Source: Opitutales bacterium (GTDB lineage Bacteria; Verrucomicrobiota; Verrucomicrobiia; Opitutales; PNEW01). Taken from it: a stretch of 64,000 nt of DNA. Made by a program: the position numbers and the translations under genes. Below, one piece after another: positions 1-9,989 of the stretch; positions within the stretch are counted from its first letter, which is position 1; the number at the start of each line of letters is the position of its first letter. The DNA is taken from positions 416,001-480,000 of the forward strand of contig CBDANS010000006.1 in the NCBI GenBank assembly GCA_965197745.1. Reading direction: 5' to 3'. Under the pieces are notes generated by a model. That model saw only the letters and a list, made by a program, of their open reading frames with translations, was not told the origin of the DNA and searched no databases.

Positions 1-1618
1 CAAATAGCGATGCGATTAACATCGTCGTTAAGGCATAGGGTAATTGGGTCGTTACATGGTCGATAGGGTCACATAAGGTGGAAAGAGAAGAGAGTATGGT
101 GGTATCACTAATTGGGCTGCAGTGATCGCCAAAAATAGCTCCATCGAGAACGGCGGCCGCGGTGAGATAGAATAAAATCTGCCCACCATGATCAAAAGCG
201 CCCATGGCATAGGACAGGGGCATGACAACAGGGATAAGTATGCCCATGGTCGCCCAACTGGATCCCGTAGAAAATGATATACCGCTTGCCAGGAAAAAGG
301 TCAGGAGGGGAAGCAGCCAGAGAGGTAACCGGTCACCCAAAACCGAAACAAGGTATGTATCGGTGCCGAGAGTTTCACATATAGTTTTCATCGACCAGGC
401 CATAATGATAATGAATATAGCCATCCTCATCGTGTGAATAGACTGAAAAACAACTTTAATTGATTGTTTAAGCGAAAGAATGTTTTGGGCTCTCGCGAGG
501 CCAATCGCGATCAGACACCCCGTTATTGAAGACCAGAAAAGCACGGCCACCGCCCCGGTATCTGATTGAACGGCAGCAGTAACATATTGATACCACTCTG
601 TAATTGAAAACAGGGATATACTCTCACCTCTTAATTCTAACCGGTAGTGGCCTAGAAAAATGATACCAATGAAGATCCCACCTATGACCACCAGTAGAGG
701 CAGGGCGGCGTTAATCCAACGGTGAGGGACACCTGGTGCCGGTTCTACAGCTTCTCCCCTTTCACGGGTTAATAGACGCGCACCATCGCCCAGTAGCTTA
801 CCTTCGACTGCCGATCGCATTTCTGCGCGGTACATGGGACCAAAATCACGCTCCATAAGCGATGTTAGAAAAATGAAGATCAAGGTACCCCAACAATAAA
901 AACGGAGAGGGATAAGTTTAAGGAAAATGGCGTAACCACCGTCATCAATCCCGAGATCACGCGCAGTTGATCCGAGAAGCCAGACTTCAAAGCCGATCCA
1001 AGTAGATACCAGCGCTAATCCCGCAATTGGCGCCGTTGTCGAGTCTACAAGATAAGCGAGTTTTTCACGGGATATCTTCCATTTATCCGTCAACTTACGC
1101 ATCGTTGATCCAACGACTATGGTATTAGAGTAATCATCAAAGAATATGGCGAGCCCAGCGATCAAGGCAGTCACCTTGGTTGATCGTGAGCTTTTGGCAA
1201 AACGGGAAATAACTGCAATCAGACCATCAATTCCTCCACTTTTATAAATTACATTAACCATTCCCATGAGAGCGAAGAGGAACCCGAAAATATAAATATT
1301 AAATTGTTTTATAAGGTTTACCCAGATGAACTGGTGTCCTGCTGAGTAAATAGCCACCCAGGGATATGGCCCGTAGGCGAGAAAAGCGCCCAGTAAAAAA
1401 GCGCTGCTCAATGCCCATACAAGGGATCGAAAATAAACAGCCACACTAACCGCGAGCAGAGGGGGTAAAATAGAAGTCCAATGCCCGATAAATTTATCAC
1501 TGAGCGTATAGTGTGTCGTCGTCGGAAGGTTGGCTAATAACCCACATAATACGATTATGCACAAGGCAAAGGAAATCCAGCGCTTTGAATTTCTCCAATG
1601 GGGTTTTGATTCATTCAT
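1..1618 (-). CDS. NhaC-family Na+/H+ antiporter / amino-acid transporter (3' end runs off the window; not in the ORF track)
   Basis: Manual translation from ATG at 1618: MNESKPHWRNSKRWISFALCII...WTSILPPLLAV...FFDDYSNTIVVGSTMRKLTDKWKISREKLAYLVDSTTAP...GAIFGDHCSPISDTTILSS, which are NhaC-family motifs. Confidence 0.85.
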   Translation of the reverse strand, partial: MNESKPHWRNSKRWISFALCIIVLCGLLANLPTTTHYTLSDKFIGHWTSILPPLLAVSVAVYFRSLVWALSSAFLLGAFLAYGPYPWVAIYSAGHQFIWVNLIKQFNIYIFGFLFALMGMVNVIYKSGGIDGLIAVISRFAKSSRSTKVTALIAGLAIFFDDYSNTIVVGSTMRKLTDKWKISREKLAYLVDSTTAPIAGLALVSTWIGFEVWLLGSTARDLGIDDGGYAIFLKLIPLRFYCWGTLIFIFLTSLMERDFGPMYRAEMRSAVEGKLLGDGARLLTRERGEAVEPAPGVPHRWINAALPLLVVIGGIFIGIIFLGHYRLELRGESISLFSITEWYQYVTAAVQSDTGAVAVLFWSSITGCLIAIGLARAQNILSLKQSIKVVFQSIHTMRMAIFIIIMAWSMKTICETLGTDTYLVSVLGDRLPLWLLPLLTFFLASGISFSTGSSWATMGILIPVVMPLSYAMGAFDHGGQILFYLTAAAVLDGAIFGDHCSPISDTTILSSLSTLCDPIDHVTTQLPYALTTMLIASLF

Positions 1619-1740
1619 GGATATCAATCACCTAAAAAATAAATTCTCCCTTTGATCCCTTCGCTCAGAAAAAAAAACGTCAAGAGGAAATAGTAAATTT
1701 TAATTCACCCTCATGCGCAGGAGTGAAAAGAATTACTCGC

Positions 1741-1778
1741 AAAAAAAACAGGGGCATTGTTTTCACAATGCCCCTGTT
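1741..1778 (-). terminator. Rho-independent terminator after the TonB-dependent receptor
   Basis: Perfect 14-bp inverted repeat aacaggggcattgt / acaatgcccctgtt with a 4-nt loop and a T-tract on the minus strand, about 30 nt past the stop codon. Confidence 0.9.
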
Positions 1779-1809
1779 AAGGTTTATTAACTAAATATAA
1801 AGTTAATTG

Positions 1810-4023
1810 TTAGAATCCAATTCTTACACCACCTTTGAATGTGCGTGCTTCTAAGAATGCCTGATTTCTTTCGACCGCATCGATGTTAAACAAATTATGT
1901 ATGTTAAACATCAGAGTAACATCATAATCCTTCCAATCGAAGTTATATCGTGTGAATAGGCTGGTGTTGTAGATCTCATCGGAGTAACGACCCCGAGGAA
2001 CATCAGGAAGATTCGTGAAACCACTACGGTCTACTTCTTCCATATAGGTAAGGGTACCACCAAGGGCTAAACCCTCTAATGGACCCTCATTGAAGCTGTA
2101 ACGTGAGGTTACGCTAAACTGAGTTCCAGGTGCTCCACCCAAATTTCCGCCTTCACGGGCTGGATTGGTTTCGTCACTTACTAACTGGGTATCGAGGAAT
2201 GAGAAAGAGAACATGTTCTGCCAGTTATCCCATGGCGAGTAAACAAGGTCTCCATCAAAACCACTCGAATTTTCAATACCTGATAGGAAGGTGCGCTCAC
2301 CTGCACGGTTACCGGTAATGGGGTCAAAAATCGTCACCTGACGAGGAATATTCGACCGGTCAATGTCAAAGTATGACATCGAACCAGAGAGTCTTCCATC
2401 CCAGATATCTAATTTAACACCAAACTCGGTGCCTTTACCTGACTGCGGGTCAAGAGCATTGGCATCCTGTCCAGTTCCATTGTCAGCGAGAGATTCACTC
2501 CAGCTGAAGAAGAGTCCGAAACCGGGCCATACATCGAAAACGAGTCCAGCCTGGAAGGTTTCATCCTGTACTTCAGGGTTTTGAATCTGGTCAGTGCGTG
2601 CACCCCATAAGACATGTAATCTGCCGTCATAGGCTGTAATCTGATCAGTGAAGAACCATGCATCATAACCAAATCCACCACCTACGTTATGCAAGCGGTC
2701 AATTGTTTGTGATTTGCTCGGTGCGTCACCTTTCGGCCAACCAACGACTCTTTCCTGATCACCATCCGGACCTGCATCATTAGTAAACGGACTGTTGGGA
2801 TCATAGGGAACTACGTTATCAGTAAGATATCCAAACTGCGATACGAACTTTGAAGTTCTGCGCCTGGAATCAAACCCAATAACAATATTGTGTTCCATAT
2901 TCCAAATATTCGTTTTGAGTTGCAAGTCATGTCTGTGATGGGTGTGGTCTTCTTCCTCAATCGTGAAACGAGTTCCAATTTCCTGGAAACCATCGAACTC
3001 ACCACCGCGAATTAAACCACGAGGCTGCCTTAAGAAAACATCTCTTTCGCGCTGTCTGTTGAATATCACATAGCGGTAATTAACGTTTTCACTGAAGGAG
3101 TAGTCGAACTTTATGACATTGAAGTCATGGGTGTTGTCAAACCAGTCGTCTGGTCCTCTCCAAGCAACATTTTCTCTTCCACCACTATAGGCACGCCATG
3201 GGGACTGATTACCGAACTCGTCGGAAACCCAGAAGGGGGTTCCTTGGCTAGGAGTCCAGTCACGGTCATGGTGTTCCCATTCGAACTGGATAGTCGCCTT
3301 GTCCGTTAATCTCCATTGGACTGCACCATACAGGAATTCAATCTCGAGCTCTTCAAAGAGCTCATCAGATTTGTTATATACGTACTCACCTGTAAAGCGA
3401 TAGGCAATTCTATCACCGACAGCATCCAGAGGTCCAGTCACATCAAGAACCGCACGACGATAGGAATAATTACCGATGGTACCGGTAAAGGATCCCGAAC
3501 GCGTCCACTGTGGTTGCTTGGTGATTAAGTTGATCGAACCACCGGGTGTCATTGATCCATAAGTCACCGACCTCGGCCCTTTAATAATTTCCACGCGTGC
3601 GAGATTAGCTGCCGAGTGATAACCTGAGATGGTTACACCATTGCGGTAGATCTGATCTGTGGGGAACCCACGGATGTTATACCAGCCTTGGTCTCGTTCA
3701 GCATACTCCACTCTGACATTGGCGGCATATTCAACTATGTCATCCAAATCAGCAGACATGGTGTCAGCTATAAGGTCCTCAGTAATGGCTTGAATCGGAA
3801 TGGCTATATCTGTCAATGCAACTGCAGTTCTTGAACCACTGATGACATCGATAGCTTTATAGCCAACGTCTTTAGAAGTATCCACCTCGTACTCAGACAA
3901 GGTATAGACATCTTCCTCGTCTTGCGCTGATAATTGCACGGGTGCAATTATGGCAAGACTCAGTACTGTTGCCGTGCCAAAGAGAAATAATCTCTTCGCA
4001 AAGCAAGATAATACGTCACTCAT
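1810..4023 (-). CDS. TonB-dependent outer-membrane receptor (siderophore-receptor-like)
   Basis: Signal peptide, plug motifs IRGF and RVEIIKGPRSVTYG..PGGSINLITKQP, barrel motifs GTEFGVK and NIHNLFN, C-terminal F. Confidence 0.9.
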   Translation of the reverse strand: MSDVLSCFAKRLFLFGTATVLSLAIIAPVQLSAQDEEDVYTLSEYEVDTSKDVGYKAIDVISGSRTAVALTDIAIPIQAITEDLIADTMSADLDDIVEYAANVRVEYAERDQGWYNIRGFPTDQIYRNGVTISGYHSAANLARVEIIKGPRSVTYGSMTPGGSINLITKQPQWTRSGSFTGTIGNYSYRRAVLDVTGPLDAVGDRIAYRFTGEYVYNKSDELFEELEIEFLYGAVQWRLTDKATIQFEWEHHDRDWTPSQGTPFWVSDEFGNQSPWRAYSGGRENVAWRGPDDWFDNTHDFNVIKFDYSFSENVNYRYVIFNRQRERDVFLRQPRGLIRGGEFDGFQEIGTRFTIEEEDHTHHRHDLQLKTNIWNMEHNIVIGFDSRRRTSKFVSQFGYLTDNVVPYDPNSPFTNDAGPDGDQERVVGWPKGDAPSKSQTIDRLHNVGGGFGYDAWFFTDQITAYDGRLHVLWGARTDQIQNPEVQDETFQAGLVFDVWPGFGLFFSWSESLADNGTGQDANALDPQSGKGTEFGVKLDIWDGRLSGSMSYFDIDRSNIPRQVTIFDPITGNRAGERTFLSGIENSSGFDGDLVYSPWDNWQNMFSFSFLDTQLVSDETNPAREGGNLGGAPGTQFSVTSRYSFNEGPLEGLALGGTLTYMEEVDRSGFTNLPDVPRGRYSDEIYNTSLFTRYNFDWKDYDVTLMFNIHNLFNIDAVERNQAFLEARTFKGGVRIGF

Positions 4024-4447
4024 ATGTTTTTCCCTATTTTGGGGTTTTGTAGGTTGGTTTTGAACTCGCAGAGCGAGCCCAAATCATATGGCCATAAATT
4101 TCGTGGCTGATCCCCTACCTGTCAACCCATTTTTACATTATTTTTAAAACCTGGACTGAAGCGTTAATTTAATCGCCATAGAGCTCATTATTATGAGTCC
4201 AAATTTATCTTTTTTAGGGAAATTTAGCTATATAACTATTTGTTTATTAAATATTTATAAAATAATATTTATAAAATTTATTAGGGGCCCGGAAAAAATA
4301 GCGGTGTCCCGTAGTTCTCATCTTCTCAAATGTTATGTCAAAATAAGCGATTTACAAGGTCTTAACCACCAGCTAAAAAGGGACTATTCGAAGGGGTTAT
4401 TGTTAAGCTCAGGGTTAACTGGATAGCGCACTACCCTGTATAAAAAT

Positions 4448-5248
4448 TTAATGGTTTAAATGGAAGAAATTCCTCGTATTTTCAGACGCCCGCTGCGCAA
4501 ATTCCTGGGGATCCAGTTCAAAAAATTGCGCACAGAATCGGGCAGTGTGCACGAGATAAGCAGGTTCATTGCGTTTTCCACGACGTGGGACGGGGGCAAG
4601 GTAGGGCGCATCCGTTTCTATCATCAGCTGATCAAGCCCCTGAATTTGGGCGGCTTGACGTATCGAATCAGCCGATTTGTAAGTGATAATACCTGTAAAT
4701 GAGCCCCTACCGCCCTTTTTCATAAGCAGTTTCATTTCCTCGGGGCCATGCGCAAAGCAATGAAAAACCACTTTCTGAAAATCTATTCCTGACTTATCGA
4801 TGACCTCTAAACAGGCATTAAATGCGTTACGGGAGTGTATGACAACAGGGCAATCTACCTCGAGAGCCAGGGATAATTGACGTCTAAAGGCCTCACCCTG
4901 GCGGTATTTCACCCCGGCAGCTTCATCGGGATTTTTTGGGAGGTGAAAATAGTCTAATCCTATCTCACCTAAAGCTACGGGACTGCTATCAGCAGAGAAG
5001 TAAGGGTTTAACAGGAGTAATTGCTCCTCCCAGTCCTCTTCCACATGTGAGGGGTGCAGTCCGGCTGTGTAATAGATGTTTCCCTCGTTGCTATGCGCCA
5101 TATCCTTATAGAGTGCCCAATCAGACGCACAGGTGCCGATAGTAATAATCTGATTAATACCCTCTGATTGGGCATTATCCAATGTCTGGTCCAGATTTCC
5201 CTTTTTGTGGAAGAATTCAAGGTGGCAATGGCTATCGATGAGAACCAT
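4448..5248 (-). CDS. tatD: TatD-family nuclease
   Basis: DSHCHL, GLHP, GEIGLDY, IHSR, FHCF and ETDAPYLAP motifs. Confidence 0.95.
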   Translation of the reverse strand: MVLIDSHCHLEFFHKKGNLDQTLDNAQSEGINQIITIGTCASDWALYKDMAHSNEGNIYYTAGLHPSHVEEDWEEQLLLLNPYFSADSSPVALGEIGLDYFHLPKNPDEAAGVKYRQGEAFRRQLSLALEVDCPVVIHSRNAFNACLEVIDKSGIDFQKVVFHCFAHGPEEMKLLMKKGGRGSFTGIITYKSADSIRQAAQIQGLDQLMIETDAPYLAPVPRRGKRNEPAYLVHTARFCAQFFELDPQEFAQRASENTRNFFHLNH

Positions 5249-5521
5249 ACTTCGTCAAAGTGAGCAATACACATGCAGAAACTTCAAGATATTACGCAAC
5301 CTTTAACAGCACATACGGTATTCGGTGTGAATCATATTGATCCTGACAGAGGTTGGAAACAAGTTTGTTAATATAGGGAGACATTAATACGGTTATTTCC
5401 CCACTTAAGCTCAGCGATTTTAAAATTTTTAAAATTTACGGGAACCAACCTCGATTTGCCTGGGTAGTAGTCCTATTACAATCGCAAATTGAGCTATAGT
5501 ATTATACCAATATAGGATAAC

Positions 5522-6925
5522 ATGATAAATATCCCCTATCATAAGGGCAGGTTACTCTTCTTTAATTTTGCCTTCATTTTACCGTTTTACTTCACCCCCC
5601 ACCTGGCTGCCGTAGACCCCCAGCCTAACTCTTTTCATGAAATCTTAGCGATAAGCAAAATTCGATCATCGAACGGGCAAGAGCGGAAAAATGCCTACAA
5701 CTACATAAACGCCCATTGGCAGGACAACTTCACTCCGATGATTCTGGAGCTCATTCAGTTGAACCGATACGAAGATTTGCGGCGGGGTTCCACAATACAG
5801 TTTTATCGCTTACTGCAAAAGAAAACAAAACAGCGTATCAGCAGTGATGTAAAAAAGTGGCAGGAATGGTTATGGAACAAAGAACCCGATTTACACCCTT
5901 ATTATGCCGCTTATAAATTTATGATTTATGGCCGCATCGACCGGCGATTTGAGAAATATTTCAGAGTCGGTCGAACCGCAAAAATACGGTTGGATGAAGT
6001 GGTATGGGGAGGCGTACGGCAAGACGCTATACCGCCTTTGCGCCACCCGAAGATGATCGATGCCAGCGAAGCTACATTTTTATCCATCAAGCAAAAAGTA
6101 TTTGGCCTTATGGTTAATGATACCGCCAGTGCTTATCCCCAACGCATACTCGCCTGGCATGAAATGGTCGTTGATGAGGTGGGGGGAGAACCTATAGCCG
6201 GAGTTTACTGCACGCTCTGCGGTTCTCTGGTCATTTATAAGACGAAGCACAAGGGAGTTAATCATCAACTGGGGACCAGTGGATTTCTCTACCGCTCTAA
6301 TAAATTGATGTATGATAAAAATACACAATCCCTTTGGAGTACCCTGCGAGGAGAGCCCGTTATCGGACCTCTCGCTGATGAGGCCATTAAATTGGATCGG
6401 ATCGGTGTTGTCACCACCTCGTGGGGTGAGTGGAAGAGGAGGCATCCCGCGACTCGGGTGATGTCCATAGATACGGGATATAGTCGCGATTATGGCGAAG
6501 GTGCAGCCTATAGGGAGTACTTCAGCAACGATGAGTTAATGTTCGCTGTTCCTAAAACGGACAAGCGACTCAAAAACAAATCCGAGGTATTAGGTTTAAT
6601 TTTCAGCGATTATCCAACAAAGCCCATCGCCATATCTGTAGATTTTTTGAATAAAAATCCTATCTATCATGACCGTGTTGGAGATCTCAACTTCGTGGTG
6701 CTTACCGACAAGTCCGGAGCCAATCGTGTCTATGATACCGAGGGTATCAATTTTAAAAATTGGGATGGCGATCAGACGGTTGTCGACGAAAACGATACCT
6801 CATGGAGATTAAGTGAAAATCGATTGGTTTCTACAGATGACCGCAGTCTTTTACGTTTACCGGCTCACCGCACCTTTTGGTTCGGTTGGTTCTCCACTTT
6901 TATGCAAACACGTTTAGTAAAGTAA
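5522..6925 (+). CDS. DUF3179-family protein with N-terminal extension, probably secreted
   Basis: GGVRQDAIP, AYPQRILAWHEMV, YCTLCGS, SGFLYRSNKLMYD..T.SLW and FWFGW motifs; N-terminal signal-like segment. Confidence 0.8.
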   Translation: MINIPYHKGRLLFFNFAFILPFYFTPHLAAVDPQPNSFHEILAISKIRSSNGQERKNAYNYINAHWQDNFTPMILELIQLNRYEDLRRGSTIQFYRLLQKKTKQRISSDVKKWQEWLWNKEPDLHPYYAAYKFMIYGRIDRRFEKYFRVGRTAKIRLDEVVWGGVRQDAIPPLRHPKMIDASEATFLSIKQKVFGLMVNDTASAYPQRILAWHEMVVDEVGGEPIAGVYCTLCGSLVIYKTKHKGVNHQLGTSGFLYRSNKLMYDKNTQSLWSTLRGEPVIGPLADEAIKLDRIGVVTTSWGEWKRRHPATRVMSIDTGYSRDYGEGAAYREYFSNDELMFAVPKTDKRLKNKSEVLGLIFSDYPTKPIAISVDFLNKNPIYHDRVGDLNFVVLTDKSGANRVYDTEGINFKNWDGDQTVVDENDTSWRLSENRLVSTDDRSLLRLPAHRTFWFGWFSTFMQTRLVK

Positions 6926-7076
6926 TTATAGATCCGCAGAGTTATCCATTCGTAGTATGATCTTAATTACTGAGAGACAGTCTTTCATTCCACGCCATAG
7001 AACTCAATTTATTCTGATAGAAAACAATGGCAGGAAAATCGGGATTTGATAAAAATCAACAGGCCAGGTGCTCAGG

Positions 7077-8063
7077 TCAGCCTTTTACATTTTTCTTCTT
7101 AATTTTCTTCTTAACATTTTTAGCCACACTTAATTTCGTCTTTGGATAAAACGCCTGCCAGGCAAACCAGTAAGACAATACAGAGGGAATAACTTCTCCC
7201 GTTCCACCGTGTGTGACTACTGCCTTTTTATTTTCTGGATCATAATTGATGTAGATATCCACTCCTTTAACGGTGTCTTTTACCGTTGCTTTAGGTGGAA
7301 ATAATGCCAGTTCATATGCCGCAGGGTGCTCATCGACTTTTACTCCTAATACCCAGGTCTTCGGTGCCAGTTCCGTGCGGTATAGTGAAACATTAAACAT
7401 GACACCCTTAGACTTTGCGTAGCCGGCATACGGGTTCCTGAAATAAGGTCTATCATATCCTGTTTTTTTGGAGAGCACCTCGCCATCAGGATAACTCTTC
7501 TTCCATACCTCCCAAGTCATAAGCTCGCTGACCATCCAGGGAAGTTCCTCGCCAACCATGGGGCCGGTGACTGCCTTCATGCCAAGTTGCGACCAAAGAC
7601 TTTCCGTCTGGCGATCATACAATAGAACATCGCTTTCATAAAGCATACCCGAACCGCCAAAATCAAATAATCGTCCGTTAATAGTGCGTTTAAAAACCAT
7701 CGCTGTACCACAGAGCGGACAATAGGTTACGGTAAAATGATCCTCCCCTATCGAGTCATTAACTATTTCATGATGATTGAGAATTCGGATTGGATAGGCT
7801 CGGTATTTGCCATTGCTATTTACACTTACAACCAGATCTTCATCCTTAAGGTACTCCGCCTCTTCCGGCTTTATAAAAAGGGGGTTGTCAAGAGCGGGAA
7901 TGGCATCCCGTTTTGGCCCTCCTCCTTTAATCATCTTTACCGGGACTATAGCGTTACCAAGGTTAAATCCATTTCTTATCGGCTCGCCGTAAATAGGGAT
8001 TCCGGCTAGAATGCCATAAATCCAAAGTAACAAGAGTCCGCCTTGTATTCTTACTGTGCTCAC
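7077..8063 (-). CDS. DUF3179-family protein, probably secreted
   Basis: GGPKRDAIPAL, AYPIRILNHHEIVND, YCPLCGT, SGMLYESDVLLYDRQTESLWSQ and YWFAWQAFYP motifs; Lys-rich tail. Confidence 0.8.
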   Translation of the reverse strand: MSTVRIQGGLLLLWIYGILAGIPIYGEPIRNGFNLGNAIVPVKMIKGGGPKRDAIPALDNPLFIKPEEAEYLKDEDLVVSVNSNGKYRAYPIRILNHHEIVNDSIGEDHFTVTYCPLCGTAMVFKRTINGRLFDFGGSGMLYESDVLLYDRQTESLWSQLGMKAVTGPMVGEELPWMVSELMTWEVWKKSYPDGEVLSKKTGYDRPYFRNPYAGYAKSKGVMFNVSLYRTELAPKTWVLGVKVDEHPAAYELALFPPKATVKDTVKGVDIYINYDPENKKAVVTHGGTGEVIPSVLSYWFAWQAFYPKTKLSVAKNVKKKIKKKNVKG

Positions 8064-8309
8064 TTAATTGATTAGAGTGTGCCCTTTTTAATTTTATTTC
8101 CCGGAAACTTATTTTTTCTTTCAGCCAGTACCATCGATCCCCGGTCTGTCTTTTTCCCTAACAACATTAATTCATCCTGGAATCGGCTCGGGATTATTCT
8201 GACCACTATGAATACGACAATAAGAACATACCAGGTATTCATTAAGCCGGGAGTAACCCATTCACTTAATCCCAGCGCGAATTATCAAATAGGGAGAATA
8301 CGGACACAA

Positions 8310-8520
8310 ATACCCCGGTTGCGGTTATCAATAGAGTGATGCTCACGCTAACGGATGGCAGGCGCGAGCCAGCGACCGCAGGGAACCCCATTGACCCGGG
8401 CTTACAGCGGTAAAATCAAGGTGGGAGGTAGGGAAATTAGGCGATTGGGTCAGGTTGAAACGCCACGGAGCCCTAAATCTGACGTTCTGCTGCTATAGCC
8501 GCAAATGGCCAAAGCTGGGC
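8310..8520 (-). ncRNA. Possible 6S-like structured RNA (boundaries uncertain)
   Basis: GC-rich island in an AT-rich intergenic region. Minus strand reads cccaccttga...gggtcaatgggg...cctgcggtcgc, resembling 6S RNA 3' halves, with nested helices (ccagc/gctgg, taggg/cccta, ggcg/cgcc). Judged by eye only. Confidence 0.35.
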
Positions 8521-8589
8521 AATTAATGCATTTAAACAGGTTTTTTTTCATATTTTTTGACAAAAACTATAAAACTTGCTTCTTTTGAA

Positions 8590-8635
8590 TAATAATGATT
8601 ATTAGTCTCAATTAATAATGAAATTAAATCTCAAT
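8590..8635 (+). promoter_or_regulatory. Two tandem Fur-box-like operators upstream of the Fur-family/suf operon
   Basis: Direct 23-bp repeat taataatgattattagtctcaat / taataatgaaattaaatctcaat (18/23 identical); each copy contains an AATGA-N7-TCTCAAT Fur-like dyad. Confidence 0.7.
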
Positions 8636-8694
8636 AAGGTTTGATCCCAAGAATCGTTCCAAACATAATCCTGAGATTATAGCCCCAAAAAACG

Positions 8695-9147
8695 ATGAAA
8701 CTGAATAACGAAGCTAGAGAAGTGCTTTATAAAGCGCTGAGCCAATATGGACTGCGTTCCACGCGACAACGCGAACAGGTATACAGTGTATTGCTCGGCG
8801 AGCACGATCATCCCACCGCTGACGGCATCTATTCGCGAGCTAGAGAAGAGATGCCCAGCATATCACTGGCGACTGTCTATAATTGTCTGGACACACTTGT
8901 TGATTGCGGCCTTGCCCGCCAGGTTAATTTCGAGCGAGAGCCATCACGCTACTGCCCGATGGAAACAGATAATGAACATTATGCCCACTTTCACTGCACC
9001 AAAACCGGCAAGGTCTATGATATACATATCCCCTCGCCCGTGTTAAAGCTCCTGCAAAAGATTATGCCGGAGGGTTTTTCTGCGGACAAAGTAGAACTCT
9101 GTTTCCGCGGTACAGTTCCGCCAGACAGCGATTCCCCGGAGAACTGA
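8695..9147 (+). CDS. Fur-family transcriptional regulator (PerR/Irr-like)
   Basis: GLRSTRQR, HDHPTAD, SLATVYNCL and HYAHFHC motifs; no CxxC pairs. Confidence 0.9.
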   Translation: MKLNNEAREVLYKALSQYGLRSTRQREQVYSVLLGEHDHPTADGIYSRAREEMPSISLATVYNCLDTLVDCGLARQVNFEREPSRYCPMETDNEHYAHFHCTKTGKVYDIHIPSPVLKLLQKIMPEGFSADKVELCFRGTVPPDSDSPEN

Positions 9148-9179
9148 CACCACGATTATAAGAATAAACGCATTTAGCT

Positions 9180-9938
9180 ATGGAATCCCTGGATATCAAA
9201 AACTTGAGCGTCGCAATCGCGGGTAAAAAGATCCTCGATAATTTTTCCTTAAATATACCTAAGGGAGAAGTGCACGCCCTCATGGGCCCTAACGGTTCAG
9301 GTAAGAGCACGCTGGCAAAAGCCCTGGCGGGGCATCCCGATTACTCCGTAGTCTCGGGCGAGGCCCTGGTCGATGGTAAAACTATCATCGGGAAAAGTCC
9401 GGACGAAATTGCACGCGAGGGAGTGTTCATGGCATTTCAGTATCCCAGTGAAATTTCCGGAGTGAGTATCGCTAACTTTATTCGCGCCGCGATTACGGCC
9501 CGTCTTGGGGATGGTGAAGAACTGCAAGCGACCCACTACTACCAGAACTTGTATGAAAAAATGGACCATTTAAAGATCGATCGCAAATTTACCTCGCGGT
9601 CTATTAATGAAGGGTTTTCAGGTGGCGAAAAAAAACGTTGTGAAGTGTTGCAAATGATGATGCTCGATCCGAAGTATGCGATTCTGGACGAAACGGACAG
9701 TGGCCTGGACATCGATGCACTCAGGGTGGTAGCTGAAGGCGTAAATAGTATGCGGTGTCCAAATATAGGGGTCTTGGTTATCACCCACTACCAGCGGCTC
9801 CTCGACTATATCATCCCCGACCGGGTGCATGTGCTTTACGACGGACACATTGTCCGCAGCGGCGATAAAGCATTAGCTTTAGAGCTGGATGAAAAAGGGT
9901 ATGACTGGGTAAAAAAAGAACTGGCCGCCACTGCTTAG
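9180..9938 (+). CDS. sufC: Fe-S assembly ATPase SufC
   Basis: [48 protein letters not shown]. Confidence 0.97.
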   Translation: MESLDIKNLSVAIAGKKILDNFSLNIPKGEVHALMGPNGSGKSTLAKALAGHPDYSVVSGEALVDGKTIIGKSPDEIAREGVFMAFQYPSEISGVSIANFIRAAITARLGDGEELQATHYYQNLYEKMDHLKIDRKFTSRSINEGFSGGEKKRCEVLQMMMLDPKYAILDETDSGLDIDALRVVAEGVNSMRCPNIGVLVITHYQRLLDYIIPDRVHVLYDGHIVRSGDKALALELDEKGYDWVKKELAATA

Positions 9939-9989
9939 GTGACGAAAAGGGAAATAAAAATAAACAATTATAAAAACATTTAAAATCTC

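Noticed and set aside
4024..4200. Cobalamin or TPP riboswitch before the TonB receptor
   Set aside because: No B12-box or TPP core motif is visible, only one short hairpin
4193..4426. 77-aa ORF between the receptor and tatD
   Set aside because: Runs through an extremely AT-rich, promoter-like tract; its composition looks non-coding
5349..5452. gaggttgg...ccaacctc inverted repeat as a MITE
   Set aside because: Only 8 bp long, with no target-site duplication or second copy; compatible with chance
5522..8063. Selenocysteine recoding in the DUF3179 genes
   Set aside because: Both CxxC motifs use Cys codons and both ORFs are uninterrupted
8079..8339. 86-aa intergenic ORF
   Set aside because: GTG start, no motif or RBS, and it overlaps the probable promoter region of the DUF3179 gene
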